DNA of 64,000 bases from a virus, in the IMG/VR virus record IMGVR_UViG_3300043411_000610, positions 26,678 through 90,677 of that record. One strand, given 5' to 3'. The notes under the pieces were generated by a model, which ran no database searches, was not told the DNA's origin, and saw only the letters and a list, made by a program, of their open reading frames with translations. This document shows, piece after piece, positions 1 to 10,161 of the stretch (positions within the stretch are counted from its first letter, which is position 1; the number at the start of each line of letters is the position of its first letter). The position numbers and the translations under genes are program-made.

Positions 1-663
1 ATTGACGGACAAACAATATATGTTAGTGCAAGCGAAGCACAGAAGCTCAAACAAAAGCTATCAAAGAATTCTATTGCAGTAGAAAATCCAAGTCCTCCTA
101 TTCAATGGCAAGGCAAGTCTCTTATTTGTGGATAAAATTTTCTATATTTCAGTTGCACTAGGATTATGTCTAGTGTATTATGGAGTTCGGACAACAGATT
201 GGCATTAAACAAAATGAAAAAATTTAAAGTAAACAACGGACGCGAGTTTTCAATTCGCGTATTAGACAATTCAACTGGTGAAACACTTCAAAATGTTGCA
301 TTTCCTGGGGATATTATTCTACTAACCGACAGTAATGCGGTTGATGTAGTGATTACGGACGGCAAGCGTCAACAACGTATTCCGACCTTTAATTATCCTA
401 ATACGATTAGTCATGCAGTTAAACAAGGTGTATTGACCGAAATTGAATGAAGGCCATATTTACCGGTAAAGGTGGATGGGAAGGGGAATTAGACCGTGCA
501 AAGAATACATTTGAAGTAGGGAAATCATATACAATTAAAAAAGGATATCGTGGTCGATATGATTCAACTCTGATGTTTGAAGAACTTCCAGGATATTGGA
601 ATTCTGTTTTATTTGAGTTTGATGAAGATAAACTTGAATGGGAATACACATATTATATTGATT

Positions 664-1569
664 ATGAAAATTGAAGAAGTTTGGGTAGAAAAATATCGTC
701 CAAAAACCCTGGACGAAATGGTCTTATCAGAAAAGAATAGGCAGTATTTTGCTTCGATCAAGTCGATCACCAATAATTACCTGTTTTTGGGAACACCCGG
801 AACAGGTAAGAATACGATGGCATATTATTTGCGTGATAAATTTGCGCCTGATTCATACCTATATTTGAATGCTAGTTCAGAATCCGGTATTGAGACAGTT
901 CGTAATAAAATCACGGACTTTGTATCAACTACTGCATTTGACGGAAATAATAAATTGGTGATTCTATCAGAGTTTGATGGATTTTCTAATGCGGCACAAG
1001 GAGCATTAAGAGAAATCATGGAACAATACTTAGAAACCGTTCGATTTATTTTGACGGCCAATCATCAACATAAAATTATTACTGCCATTCAGTCTAGATG
1101 TGGCGAACCGTTTTTCTTCAATTCAGATATTGAGGATATTACCAAACGGATTAAACATATTCTGAATGCAGAAAAAATTTGTAATTGGAAAGATCATAGT
1201 GCGGACATTGTTAAAATTATTAAGCAATATGCACCTGATTTACGAAAGATCACTAACGTATTACAACGGTGTTTTGAGACTGGTAAATTTATACCGTTGA
1301 AGATTGATAGCAGTGAATTGGTAGAAAAGATTTGGCAAATGGTTAGAGATAAAACCGATCCGTTTGTAATTCGTAAATTCGTGATTGACAATGAACAGGA
1401 ATTTGGTAATGATTACCACACGTTGATGCGTCAAATGTTTGATTGTTCAGTCGTAGATAATAATGTAGGTGCCTGTCTACAAATTACAGAATATATGTAT
1501 AGGAATTCTATGGTGATGGATAACGAAGTTAATTTTACAGGTTTGATCATAAATTTGGTAAAAAAATGA
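664..1569 (+). CDS. Sliding-clamp loader ATPase subunit (RFC small / T4 gp44-like)
   Basis: WVEKYRPKTL N-terminal motif, Walker A GTPGTGKNT, LNAS, FILTAN and SRC (IQSRC) motifs. Start moved to ATG 664. Confidence 0.92.
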   Translation: MKIEEVWVEKYRPKTLDEMVLSEKNRQYFASIKSITNNYLFLGTPGTGKNTMAYYLRDKFAPDSYLYLNASSESGIETVRNKITDFVSTTAFDGNNKLVILSEFDGFSNAAQGALREIMEQYLETVRFILTANHQHKIITAIQSRCGEPFFFNSDIEDITKRIKHILNAEKICNWKDHSADIVKIIKQYAPDLRKITNVLQRCFETGKFIPLKIDSSELVEKIWQMVRDKTDPFVIRKFVIDNEQEFGNDYHTLMRQMFDCSVVDNNVGACLQITEYMYRNSMVMDNEVNFTGLIINLVKK

Positions 1570-2266
1570 AAATCAGACAAATTATCGAAATAGAATTTGA
1601 CACTACCGATGATGTGGTCAGGGCATGTCAACCATTCATACTACCTTCCGAATGTAAACATAGAAATGTTTCATACTACGAAAATTCTTCATTTTGTTAT
1701 GACTGTAAGTGTTATTTGACACTACCTGGAGATATTGGTCATCCGTTTAAAAATAAAAAATGAGTAGGTTGTTTAAAAAAATATTTGCATGGTTTCTTGT
1801 ATTATCACCTGTGGTCATGCTTTCACTTGCAGTCTTACTGGCTAATAACGGGTCTTCTGATCTGTGCCATTTATTGGGATCATGTGTATTATTGTGTGTC
1901 ATCCCATGCGTGATTGGGCAAGTTATGCTATGGCCTAAACAATTTAAAGAATAGAAATTATGAAAAGTATTACATATTTGGTCGGTCCAAAAGTTGTAGG
2001 TCATCCAAACGATAAGAAATATAAAGATTCGATAGTAAACGGAAAAACGGAAGCACTTAGAATGGCCGCAGAAACCGCGAGTAATTCGATTTTACAGTGG
2101 GGCGTATGGGAAAATGAGACGGAAGAGATAGTTGCACTAGCAGGACCAAATAGTGGTTGTATATACCGAACTTCTGCATGGGAGAACCCACCATGTAATA
2201 GTGAATACATGTTAGCAGGCCCAAACAATAGAAAACATTGGGACGATATTAAACATCAATTTAAAA

Positions 2267-2644
2267 ATGAAAATCAATGAACTAATTCAAAAATATAATT
2301 TGGCACCAGATTCATATTATACGGTATCACCGTATACAAATCGGAGCTATGATGACGACAGTGCAGTATTCTTAGAAGAAAAACTGTTGAAGTCCAAATG
2401 GAAAGCCTATATTGAACCACAATATTATGGATTTTCGTTTGGATCACCCACACCATTAGTTTGGTTGTCAGTAATAGATGAATTTCTTGACCATGTGGTA
2501 GAACAGTGTCCTAATATGAAAATTCTCCAAATTAAGATAAAATTTGGAGGACTGAGATGCTACATTATTAATGTAACACCTGATATTGAGGAAGAAATAC
2601 GACAATTAGAAAAGGTTTTGTTTGATAAAAAATTGATTTATTAA
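2267..2644 (+). CDS. Conserved phage hypothetical protein (QxKxKFGGLR family)
   Basis: ILQIKIKFGGLRCY motif, recognised from recurring phage hypotheticals. Confidence 0.5.
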   Translation: MKINELIQKYNLAPDSYYTVSPYTNRSYDDDSAVFLEEKLLKSKWKAYIEPQYYGFSFGSPTPLVWLSVIDEFLDHVVEQCPNMKILQIKIKFGGLRCYIINVTPDIEEEIRQLEKVLFDKKLIY

Positions 2645-2728
2645 TGATAATACTCAATGCTTGGCCCGTCATTGAGTTATAAGTCATTATACAAACAGGA
2701 TTCCAAATCTTGTTTGAGTTAACGGGCC
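2642..2728. ncRNA. Candidate pseudoknotted structured RNA
   Basis: ACTCAATG (2652-2659) pairs with CATTGAGT (2670-2677). Loop GGCCCGT (2663-2669) is complementary to ACGGGCC (2722-2728). An intervening hairpin CAAACAGGAT/ATCTTGTTTG lies between them. Confidence 0.45.
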
Positions 2729-3037
2729 GCCAATTTTATGTGAAATATAACAAGTTTATATCCTATTGACATAGTAGTGCGCCCAAGCCATGAATTATTA
2801 TCCCCATTTTGTCCTGGATACTCACTGGTAGGTGTTACTTCCAAGACTGTAAAAGCCCATATGAAAGGCATTGGGGCCGAATATTATACCGTTCATACGC
2901 CAGCAGATAATCATACATATATACCAGAAAATTATATTTATGTGGTATATAATGAGATGATACATCGAAACAGAGAACTAATACCATATACCAATTTTTA
3001 ATTGACATCCATCAAATTTAGAATACAGTATACAAAC

Positions 3038-4246
3038 ATGAAAACCGAACATACACCAGAAAAAGCAAAGTCACCTGTAGTCCTCAAAGATATTTTGTGC
3101 AATAATCCTAACACTAAAGGCGTTGCATCGGATTTCAAGTTCAATCAACATATTACTGGTATCGAATTGTTCAATTCGATTTATAACCTATGGTTAAATT
3201 ATTTTGATACAACACCGTCTTTCACTGCATTGACGGAAAAGAAAGTGGAAGAATTTACAAAGTTTCAGGCAAAATTGTTTACCGATGGTTTTGAGAAAAT
3301 TTTTACTTCTTTATCAGTGGATTCACGATCAATCTATTATATTCAACGTGAAAAACAACAGTTGATATATGTCAATATTGGTATCGGTATTGATCTGATT
3401 GAAAATCAAGCTGTTGTTTCTCCAACATATGGAACGAAAGGTGTTTTCAGTTGTTCTATATGCACTGCCATTTGTGAGGCTAATACAGAATATGTGGCGG
3501 AGTTTATTTCATACTATGGTTCACTTGAAAGTCCGGCAAAAACTATGGCAGACGATAGTATCTTTTACATGATTGCACAAACCGCACAAGGACTGAAAAA
3601 GATCAAAGCAGAATGTAAACCAAAGTCTATCAAAGATGATCGGTATGATCTGTATTATGGTGCAAAATTCCCCATTGAAAAATTTAAGAGTTTTGTGGAA
3701 AATGATGAGAACCAAAATCTGTTGTTGTTGCACGGTGATCCCGGAACAGGCAAATCTAATTTGATTCGCCATCTTATTAAGATGTCTAAACGACCCACTA
3801 TTTATATTCCACCCTCCATGGTGGCCAGTATTGCAAGTCCAGGATTTATCGAATTCATCATGGACAACAAGGGAAGTATTCTTTTGATTGAAGATGCAGA
3901 AGAAATTTTGACCAAAGATCGAAATGCGGCAACCAACAATTTGCTTGGTCTGACTGATGGATTTTTGAAAGACTGTATTGATTTGAAGATTATTTGTAGC
4001 TTTAATCAGGACATTAAGAATGTTGATGCTGCACTTCGCCGTCCAGGAAGGTTGTTTTTTGAATATAAATTTGGTAAACTATCAGAAAATGAAGTTGAGA
4101 ACCTAGTGGACTATCTTGATCTAAAAATTCCAGATGCCGAAATTCGGGATATGTCACTTGCAGAAATTTTTGCATTTGGTCAAGAACTCTATTTGGAAAA
4201 TACATTGGATAAACCAGTAATGGGATTTGCAGGTTTATCCAAATGA
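3038..4246 (+). CDS. AAA+ ATPase
   Basis: Walker A GDPGTGKS, Walker B LLIEDAE, SRH DAALRRPGR. TTGACA promoter at 3002 places the start at ATG 3038. Confidence 0.88.
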   Translation: MKTEHTPEKAKSPVVLKDILCNNPNTKGVASDFKFNQHITGIELFNSIYNLWLNYFDTTPSFTALTEKKVEEFTKFQAKLFTDGFEKIFTSLSVDSRSIYYIQREKQQLIYVNIGIGIDLIENQAVVSPTYGTKGVFSCSICTAICEANTEYVAEFISYYGSLESPAKTMADDSIFYMIAQTAQGLKKIKAECKPKSIKDDRYDLYYGAKFPIEKFKSFVENDENQNLLLLHGDPGTGKSNLIRHLIKMSKRPTIYIPPSMVASIASPGFIEFIMDNKGSILLIEDAEEILTKDRNAATNNLLGLTDGFLKDCIDLKIICSFNQDIKNVDAALRRPGRLFFEYKFGKLSENEVENLVDYLDLKIPDAEIRDMSLAEIFAFGQELYLENTLDKPVMGFAGLSK

Positions 4247-5059
4247 AAAACCACACTAGATTGACGTTCCCTGGGAACATTGACAGGGGAACGACGGAGA
4301 ACAATGTCCGACCATATATGGTGATATCTTCAACTGATTTTACCCCACAAAATTTCTACACCCTTTCTAAATTACAGAAATATATTTTGACTGGTATAAA
4401 GAAGTGCTGACGTATGAATTTGACTACTATATATCATTATTATGCAATAAGCGGTCATAATCTCAATGGCGGTGATGGAAATTTATCGTCAATGCAACGG
4501 TTATATCCGATTATAGATCACAAATCCATTAACATTATTGGTGTATCGTCAATTCCGAAGAGTTTTAAGAACTGTAGATTTGGTATGAAAGTTTTGTATA
4601 AGGTGCTAAAATGAAGAACACAACGACAACTTATTGCAGCGATCATTCTAATCGTTCAGGTGTAGTAAGAAACATCGTCAGTCCAATTTGTATACTAAAT
4701 TCTAAATTTAAAATTAAAGAAATTTTTACTATAAGTAAATTTATAAAATATAACATGACGGGTTTAGCAAAATATGATATAGGAGGTTCATGCATTGGAC
4801 GGTTGGAATTAAAATGAGAACGGAATTTCCGTATGACACTTTGATAAAAAGTGGTCACATGGTTTGTAACCAACCAACACCAACATACGTTATAGTTGAT
4901 ATTTTCAGTATGAAAGCCTTTATATCACCGTCAATACCAAAATTAATAAAAACTCAGTATAACTGGACAGTGAAATGTATAGTCGGATGAAAGAACAGGG
5001 TGTTTCATTAAGTATAATAGCAGCATCACTAATAGCTTGTGCTAAACAATGATTTTTCA

Positions 5060-5998
5060 TCATATTGCTAATAATTGTTTAAATATTTCCTCTAATACCG
5101 CGACAGTAATAGTGTTACCAAATTGTTTAAATGCTATATTATCTTTGTCATGTATAACAAAATCGTCTGGAAATCCTTGTAGTCTTGCACATTCTCTTGG
5201 TGTAAACATTCTGATTGTTTTTTTGTCAGGGGAAATAAATCCATGCCTATCAATTAGATTTTGGCAGAAAATATTACCTGAGTATCGTATTTTCTTATCT
5301 CCAAATAATCCATTTTTATTTACCTGTTTCACTTCGCCGAAATCTTCTAACAAAGAAAAATTAATCTGCTTATTTAGTGCGATATTTATAATATTAGCTC
5401 TACGCAAATCCGAAACAAAATATTTTGCGGCAACATCATTCTCTAAAATATCCTTAAAATGAGCGGACTTATTTTCAAAATAAAACTGTATATTAATATT
5501 CAAATCTTTTCTAATTCCTACTCCGAAAATCCTCTCTCTGTGATGAGGAATTCCAAAGTTTTTAGAATTTAATTTAAGTAAATGAAAATCATAATTTTTC
5601 TCTATACGCTGCTCTATCATAGAATAAAAATCAGAAAACTTTTTATTCAGAAGTCCTTTAACATTCTCAAATATAATATATTTCGGCAACAATTTATCTA
5701 TAATATCTAATGAATAGTTCACTAAAATACTTCTCCCATTATTCAAATCCTGCTTTCCCGCCACTGATAAGTCTTGACAAGGGAATCCGAAAACATATAA
5801 ATCAACATAATCTAATTCATTTATGTTTATTTTAGTTATATCATCATACCATTTTTCGCAAGTATGATTAGCTAGATATGTTTGTTTCGCATGTTTATCT
5901 ATATCGCATGCCCATTTAACTATATGGGGTATTTTAAGATTTTTCAATGCTTGTTCGGGCGCACCGATACCACTGAATGTTGTTCCTATTTTTATCAT
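5060..5998 (-). CDS. DNA cytosine-C5 methyltransferase
   Basis: Motif I FSGIG, catalytic GFPCQ, ENV, RERIF and motif X QFGN. Confidence 0.95.
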   Translation of the reverse strand: MIKIGTTFSGIGAPEQALKNLKIPHIVKWACDIDKHAKQTYLANHTCEKWYDDITKININELDYVDLYVFGFPCQDLSVAGKQDLNNGRSILVNYSLDIIDKLLPKYIIFENVKGLLNKKFSDFYSMIEQRIEKNYDFHLLKLNSKNFGIPHHRERIFGVGIRKDLNINIQFYFENKSAHFKDILENDVAAKYFVSDLRRANIINIALNKQINFSLLEDFGEVKQVNKNGLFGDKKIRYSGNIFCQNLIDRHGFISPDKKTIRMFTPRECARLQGFPDDFVIHDKDNIAFKQFGNTITVAVLEEIFKQLLAI

Positions 5999-6008
5999 AA
6001 TTTTTATT

Positions 6009-6332
6009 TTACCTTTTACACATTACCATTGATTCCGAATTTTCGTTCGGAAGAACTTCGATGACGGTCAAAAAATTGAATCTTTTGTTGGTTATGTCTT
6101 CTCTAGTATTCTTCCACGAATTAAGCCCCTGCTTACAACCACAAGAAATATATTTGTTTTTATTATTAGAGTGGACTAAGTTAGAGTTTGATATGAAAAA
6201 TCTTTTACCGCAACTGCATTCAGCTTCCCAATATACTCTTTTGACAGACTTTTCCTCGGCATGTTTTATTATCGTGGCATTCCCATAGGTTTGTCCAATT
6301 TTGTCTGTTTTCGGTTTTCTTACTTTGTGCAT
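6009..6332 (-). pseudogene. N-terminal fragment of a phage HNH/AP2-type homing endonuclease
   Basis: G..YG..TII...W.AECSCG and SCGC..DITNKRF..LTVIE repeats typical of HNH N-termini. The ORF stops mid-repeat with no nuclease domain. Confidence 0.6.
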
Positions 6333-6410
6333 ATTATTATTTACACTAAATGAATCTTATATGCACAAAATATTTTCATTTTTCTAGTTGAACTTTATAG
6401 GCACGGAGAA

Positions 6411-7214
6411 TCATACTAATTTATAATAAAAATATTCACCAACATCAACGCTTTTACCTTTCATCCTACTAAAGCTAGAGTTACCAGAAGATAGGACTTC
6501 TCTACCTGTATATTCAATATTTATTGCTTCTTCGTTGTCTGTAGAATTGACACCATTGATATTCATAAACCACGAACAAGGAAGTTTATCTATCCAAGAC
6601 AAAAGGCCGTCAAAGGATATATTACCAAAATATAATGCTTTGGTATTAGTATATGGTGGGTCCAAATAAACAACATCTTTATTACCAATTGGAGAAATAT
6701 TATCAAAAGAACTACAAGTAAAATCAATATCCTTTCCCTTCATTAATTCTGAGTAATACGATATAACTTCTTCAACCTTTTTGGGTAGCATTCCTGTTCG
6801 TCCAAAATGATGCGACGTATTAAATTCGCCCTTTCTATTATATCTAATAGTTCCATTGTAACAGGTTCTAGTTAAAAAATAGAAAATAAGCGGGTCTTTA
6901 GTTTTGTTGTAAATCTCCCTTTCCGTATAAAAGAAATTCGGGTCTTTTTGTAACTTTTCCCATTTATCATTATATGAAAGTATTAGTTCTTGAGGTTTAT
7001 CTTTAACAGTTGTTAAAATATTGATTAAGCTATCGTTTTTATCTGAGAGCTTAAACTTTTTAACATTTGCATTATCTTTTAATAGTTGGAAAAACACCGA
7101 GCCTCCTCCCACAAATGGTTCATAATAAGTTTCAATTTCCTTTGGAAAATATGATGTGATTTTTGCGGCGATTGGGCGTTTTGAGCCAGTCCACTTAATT
7201 AATGGTGTATTCAT
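6411..7214 (-). CDS. Dam-like DNA adenine methyltransferase (D12 class)
   Basis: KWTGSK, EPFVGGGSV, YNG..RYN..G.FN and DPPY motifs. Confidence 0.93.
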   Translation of the reverse strand: MNTPLIKWTGSKRPIAAKITSYFPKEIETYYEPFVGGGSVFFQLLKDNANVKKFKLSDKNDSLINILTTVKDKPQELILSYNDKWEKLQKDPNFFYTEREIYNKTKDPLIFYFLTRTCYNGTIRYNRKGEFNTSHHFGRTGMLPKKVEEVISYYSELMKGKDIDFTCSSFDNISPIGNKDVVYLDPPYTNTKALYFGNISFDGLLSWIDKLPCSWFMNINGVNSTDNEEAINIEYTGREVLSSGNSSFSRMKGKSVDVGEYFYYKLV

Positions 7215-7259
7215 TTTGATAATTCCTTCTCTTTTTTCTTTCTTTTTGGCTTGAACTAA

Positions 7260-7778
7260 TCATATATCAAATACCTTTCCGAAAACGGAAAACGCTTTAT
7301 TGAAGTCGTCTTTTCTATTGCCTAAATAACATAAACAACACGCCATAGGAGCACCTTTTTTATCTTCTGAGCCTTCGTTATAAAACTTTAATCTCGTATC
7401 TGATAAAAAACATATTGAAGAAAAATGTTTGAAAACTATCTCTTTGAAATGCTTGGTATTTGTAGCGACGGGAACTAAGAATATCATTTCCTTTCCATCT
7501 TCATATTCCGACAATCCTTTTTCAAACCAGTTATATAAAGACTTTCCTTCACTTCTTCCGTAAGGGGGATTTATGAAAATATTTTTTCCGTTCCATTTTG
7601 AAGTTAAGCCGTCCTTTTCTGGATAGACGAAATTTTCTTTCGCCCCAACAAGAGAAAATTCATTAGAACATGGGTCTAAATCAATCTCGCCACCAAAGAA
7701 TTGCTTAATTGGCGTGATATATTTTGGTGGCGTATTCCAATCTTTTTTATCAGAATTGTTTTTACGTCCTGCGCTCAT
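7260..7778 (-). CDS. Phage-type DNA N6-adenine methyltransferase
   Basis: DWNTP, DLDPC, DGL...W, FINPPYG and RLKF motifs. Start at ATG 7778 overlaps the upstream stop. Confidence 0.85.
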   Translation of the reverse strand: MSAGRKNNSDKKDWNTPPKYITPIKQFFGGEIDLDPCSNEFSLVGAKENFVYPEKDGLTSKWNGKNIFINPPYGRSEGKSLYNWFEKGLSEYEDGKEMIFLVPVATNTKHFKEIVFKHFSSICFLSDTRLKFYNEGSEDKKGAPMACCLCYLGNRKDDFNKAFSVFGKVFDI

Positions 7779-8530
7779 TTTAATCTTTCTAAACAAATAT
7801 CGTAGTATTCTTTTTCTTTCTCGATTCCGATAAATTGGCGGTTTAAGTTTTTAGCTGCAACTAAAGTTGAGCCTGAGCCAGCGCAGTTATCAAGAATTAA
7901 ATTTTCCTCATTGGAATACGTTTTAATTAGATATTCTAAAAGTGCGATTGGTTTTTGTGTTGGATGAAACTTATCTTTATCCGTTTTAAATTCTAACGTA
8001 TTAAATGGAAACCTTTTTGTTGTATCCTTTTGTTTGTGCTTATACTTCCCATTTTTATGATTAGCTCCAAAAATTTGTGTGGTTTTTGACTCTTTCGGGA
8101 TTGTGTATTCTTTCCCGTCCTCCATTTGAGGATTATATTTCATAGAAACGTGTTTCGTATCGTTTTTGGGAAATGCTCTAGCATAGGCTTTTGAGAAGAC
8201 TGATATAATTTCAATATTATTTAAAGGTTGAAATCCTGCTTGTGGGAAATTTGACTTGGTATCTTTCTTCCAAATCCAATCATACTTAAACATAGAAAGG
8301 TTGCTCATTCTCAGTGATGAACTAAACGGCTCCTTTCCAAATAAAACTATCGCACCATTGTCTTTAATAATTCTATTATATTGCGCCCATAACTCATCAA
8401 AAGATATGATTGCATCCCACTTACAAACAGTAGTTCCGTAGGGCAAATCACAAATAATTGCGTCAATACTCTTATCGGGAATATCTATCATCAACTCTAA
8501 GCAATCACCATGCCAAATTTCTTGTCTCAC
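7775..8530 (-). CDS. DNA N4-cytosine/N6-adenine methyltransferase (beta class)
   Basis: GDCLELM, DLPYG, HPTQKP, DNCAGSGST and IGIE motifs. Confidence 0.93.
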   Translation of the reverse strand: MRQEIWHGDCLELMIDIPDKSIDAIICDLPYGTTVCKWDAIISFDELWAQYNRIIKDNGAIVLFGKEPFSSSLRMSNLSMFKYDWIWKKDTKSNFPQAGFQPLNNIEIISVFSKAYARAFPKNDTKHVSMKYNPQMEDGKEYTIPKESKTTQIFGANHKNGKYKHKQKDTTKRFPFNTLEFKTDKDKFHPTQKPIALLEYLIKTYSNEENLILDNCAGSGSTLVAAKNLNRQFIGIEKEKEYYDICLERLK

Positions 8531-9582
8531 TCCGATTCCTCCTTTTCTTTCTTTTTGCGGTTCTGACTAGAGCGATGACCATCTTGAAATACTCGCTCTT
8601 TCTTAAATCCTTTAACTAATTTTCCATTTCTCATAAAATCCTTTATTTCTATTTCTTCGTCTTTTCCTGCATTTAACAGTTCTCCAAACTTCGCTTTCTT
8701 TCGTAACAAACAAGGAACGTTATCAGAATAATAAAACATGTCAAATACTTTTTGAAGGTCAGCCAACTTATAATAAACCAACCTACATATCTTTTTATAT
8801 TCCACAATTTTATCATCCAAATTAAAAAGCGACGGAATTTTAGAAAGAATATCTTTCGTCCCGAGAAAAACGCATTGTTTATTGTAAGACGATTTTCGTC
8901 TTTTATCTTTTGATAAGTGAACACAACCATCGCCATCGAATATTCCTCTGATAAAATCTCGCCAATATTCTTGTGGTAATTCTAACGGAAACTTAGCCGT
9001 TAAAGTCTTTCTTTCTACTACGCCCCACTTTTGAACATCTTCAATAATTTTTGGGTCGGAAATTTCTATTTTATATGATTGATTTCCAGATTGCGTTAAA
9101 CCAGCACCGCATACAGAACCTTCAAAGTTCATCAAGATTTTAATTGTTTCAAGCAAATCTTGGTCGTTTAACTTTAAGCATAAAAACAAATTACCAGAAG
9201 TTTTCTTGGTTAAATATCCGTCAGACATAAAAACGCCAAGAACATAAGCCATTTCTGGAGTTGGATTGGCAAAGAAATCGGAATTTATTTTACTACGCTG
9301 AGATTCCTTAAAACAGTCGGTTGAACAATATTTTCCGCCGCCACTTTTGTATTCTGATAATCTAACCGTAAATTTTTCACCACAAGTTAAACATTCACAA
9401 ATCGGGTCTATATTCTTCTTGGGTCTTCCGCCTTTATTACCACTTGGGGGTTCGCCGTTTTTGATTCTATTATATCTGTCTCTAGCTTTCTTGCGAAGAC
9501 GTTCCTTATTTTTGTCGTAATATTCTTTGGCTCTAATTCTGCCAGCAATCAACATTTCTTCGTATTCTGTATTATTGGTCAT
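8527..9582 (-). CDS. LAGLIDADG-type homing endonuclease with N-terminal zinc-binding/basic region
   Basis: AYVLGVFMSDG and FIRGIFDGDG LAGLIDADG helices; CLTCG...YCS..C motif. Confidence 0.85.
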   Translation of the reverse strand: MTNNTEYEEMLIAGRIRAKEYYDKNKERLRKKARDRYNRIKNGEPPSGNKGGRPKKNIDPICECLTCGEKFTVRLSEYKSGGGKYCSTDCFKESQRSKINSDFFANPTPEMAYVLGVFMSDGYLTKKTSGNLFLCLKLNDQDLLETIKILMNFEGSVCGAGLTQSGNQSYKIEISDPKIIEDVQKWGVVERKTLTAKFPLELPQEYWRDFIRGIFDGDGCVHLSKDKRRKSSYNKQCVFLGTKDILSKIPSLFNLDDKIVEYKKICRLVYYKLADLQKVFDMFYYSDNVPCLLRKKAKFGELLNAGKDEEIEIKDFMRNGKLVKGFKKERVFQDGHRSSQNRKKKEKEESE

Positions 9583-9639
9583 ACTTATATTTACACTTAG
9601 AAAGTTGAAAGTTGAAAATTATTTTCGATTTTTCTAATT

Positions 9640-10161
9640 TTATTTTAGCGGTAAAGATTCTTCCTCAACCTTCTCAATTCTAACTCCATAAGAATTAAAA
9701 TACGACAATAGATAATTAAAACAAAATCTTGACAATCTATCTTTATGCTCGATTAAAACAACATCAATTTCTTTCTTTTCAATCAATTCAAATAGTTTTT
9801 GTAATTTCTTTCGATTGTCGTTCATTCCCGAACCTACTTCGTCAAAAACAGCAACAATAGAATAACCGCGTTTTAGTGCCTCTGTAGTCATTCTACCAAC
9901 TTGTCTTTCTAAATCACCTTTGGTCTTCTGTTCGTGCGAGCTAACGCGACAATAGATGCCTACACGCTTACCACTAGACTCTTTAACGGGTTCTACATAA
10001 ATTCCCGCCAACTTCTCAATATCTGCTCTATAATAGCGTCTATGACCGCCCTCTGTATGAAATGGTGTTAATTTACCTTCTCGTTCCCAATTTCTAAGAG
10101 TTTCATCGGAAACGCCAAGAATGGATGCAGCATCGCTAATTGATAGAATCTTTTTATTCAT
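9640..10161 (-). mobile_element. IS607-family serine recombinase (TnpA), C-terminally truncated, no tnpB
   Basis: MerR-like HTH (ISDAASILGVSDETLRNWE, GGHRRY) plus YCRVSS, DLERQ, GSG and DRLSRF resolvase motifs. Ends before the usual C-terminal helix. Confidence 0.85.

Noticed and set aside
4990-5060. AISDAAIIL on the - strand after the first C5-MTase, resembling the IS607 TnpA N-terminus
   Set aside because: The match is limited to about 14 nt with no further similarity, so it cannot be distinguished from chance.
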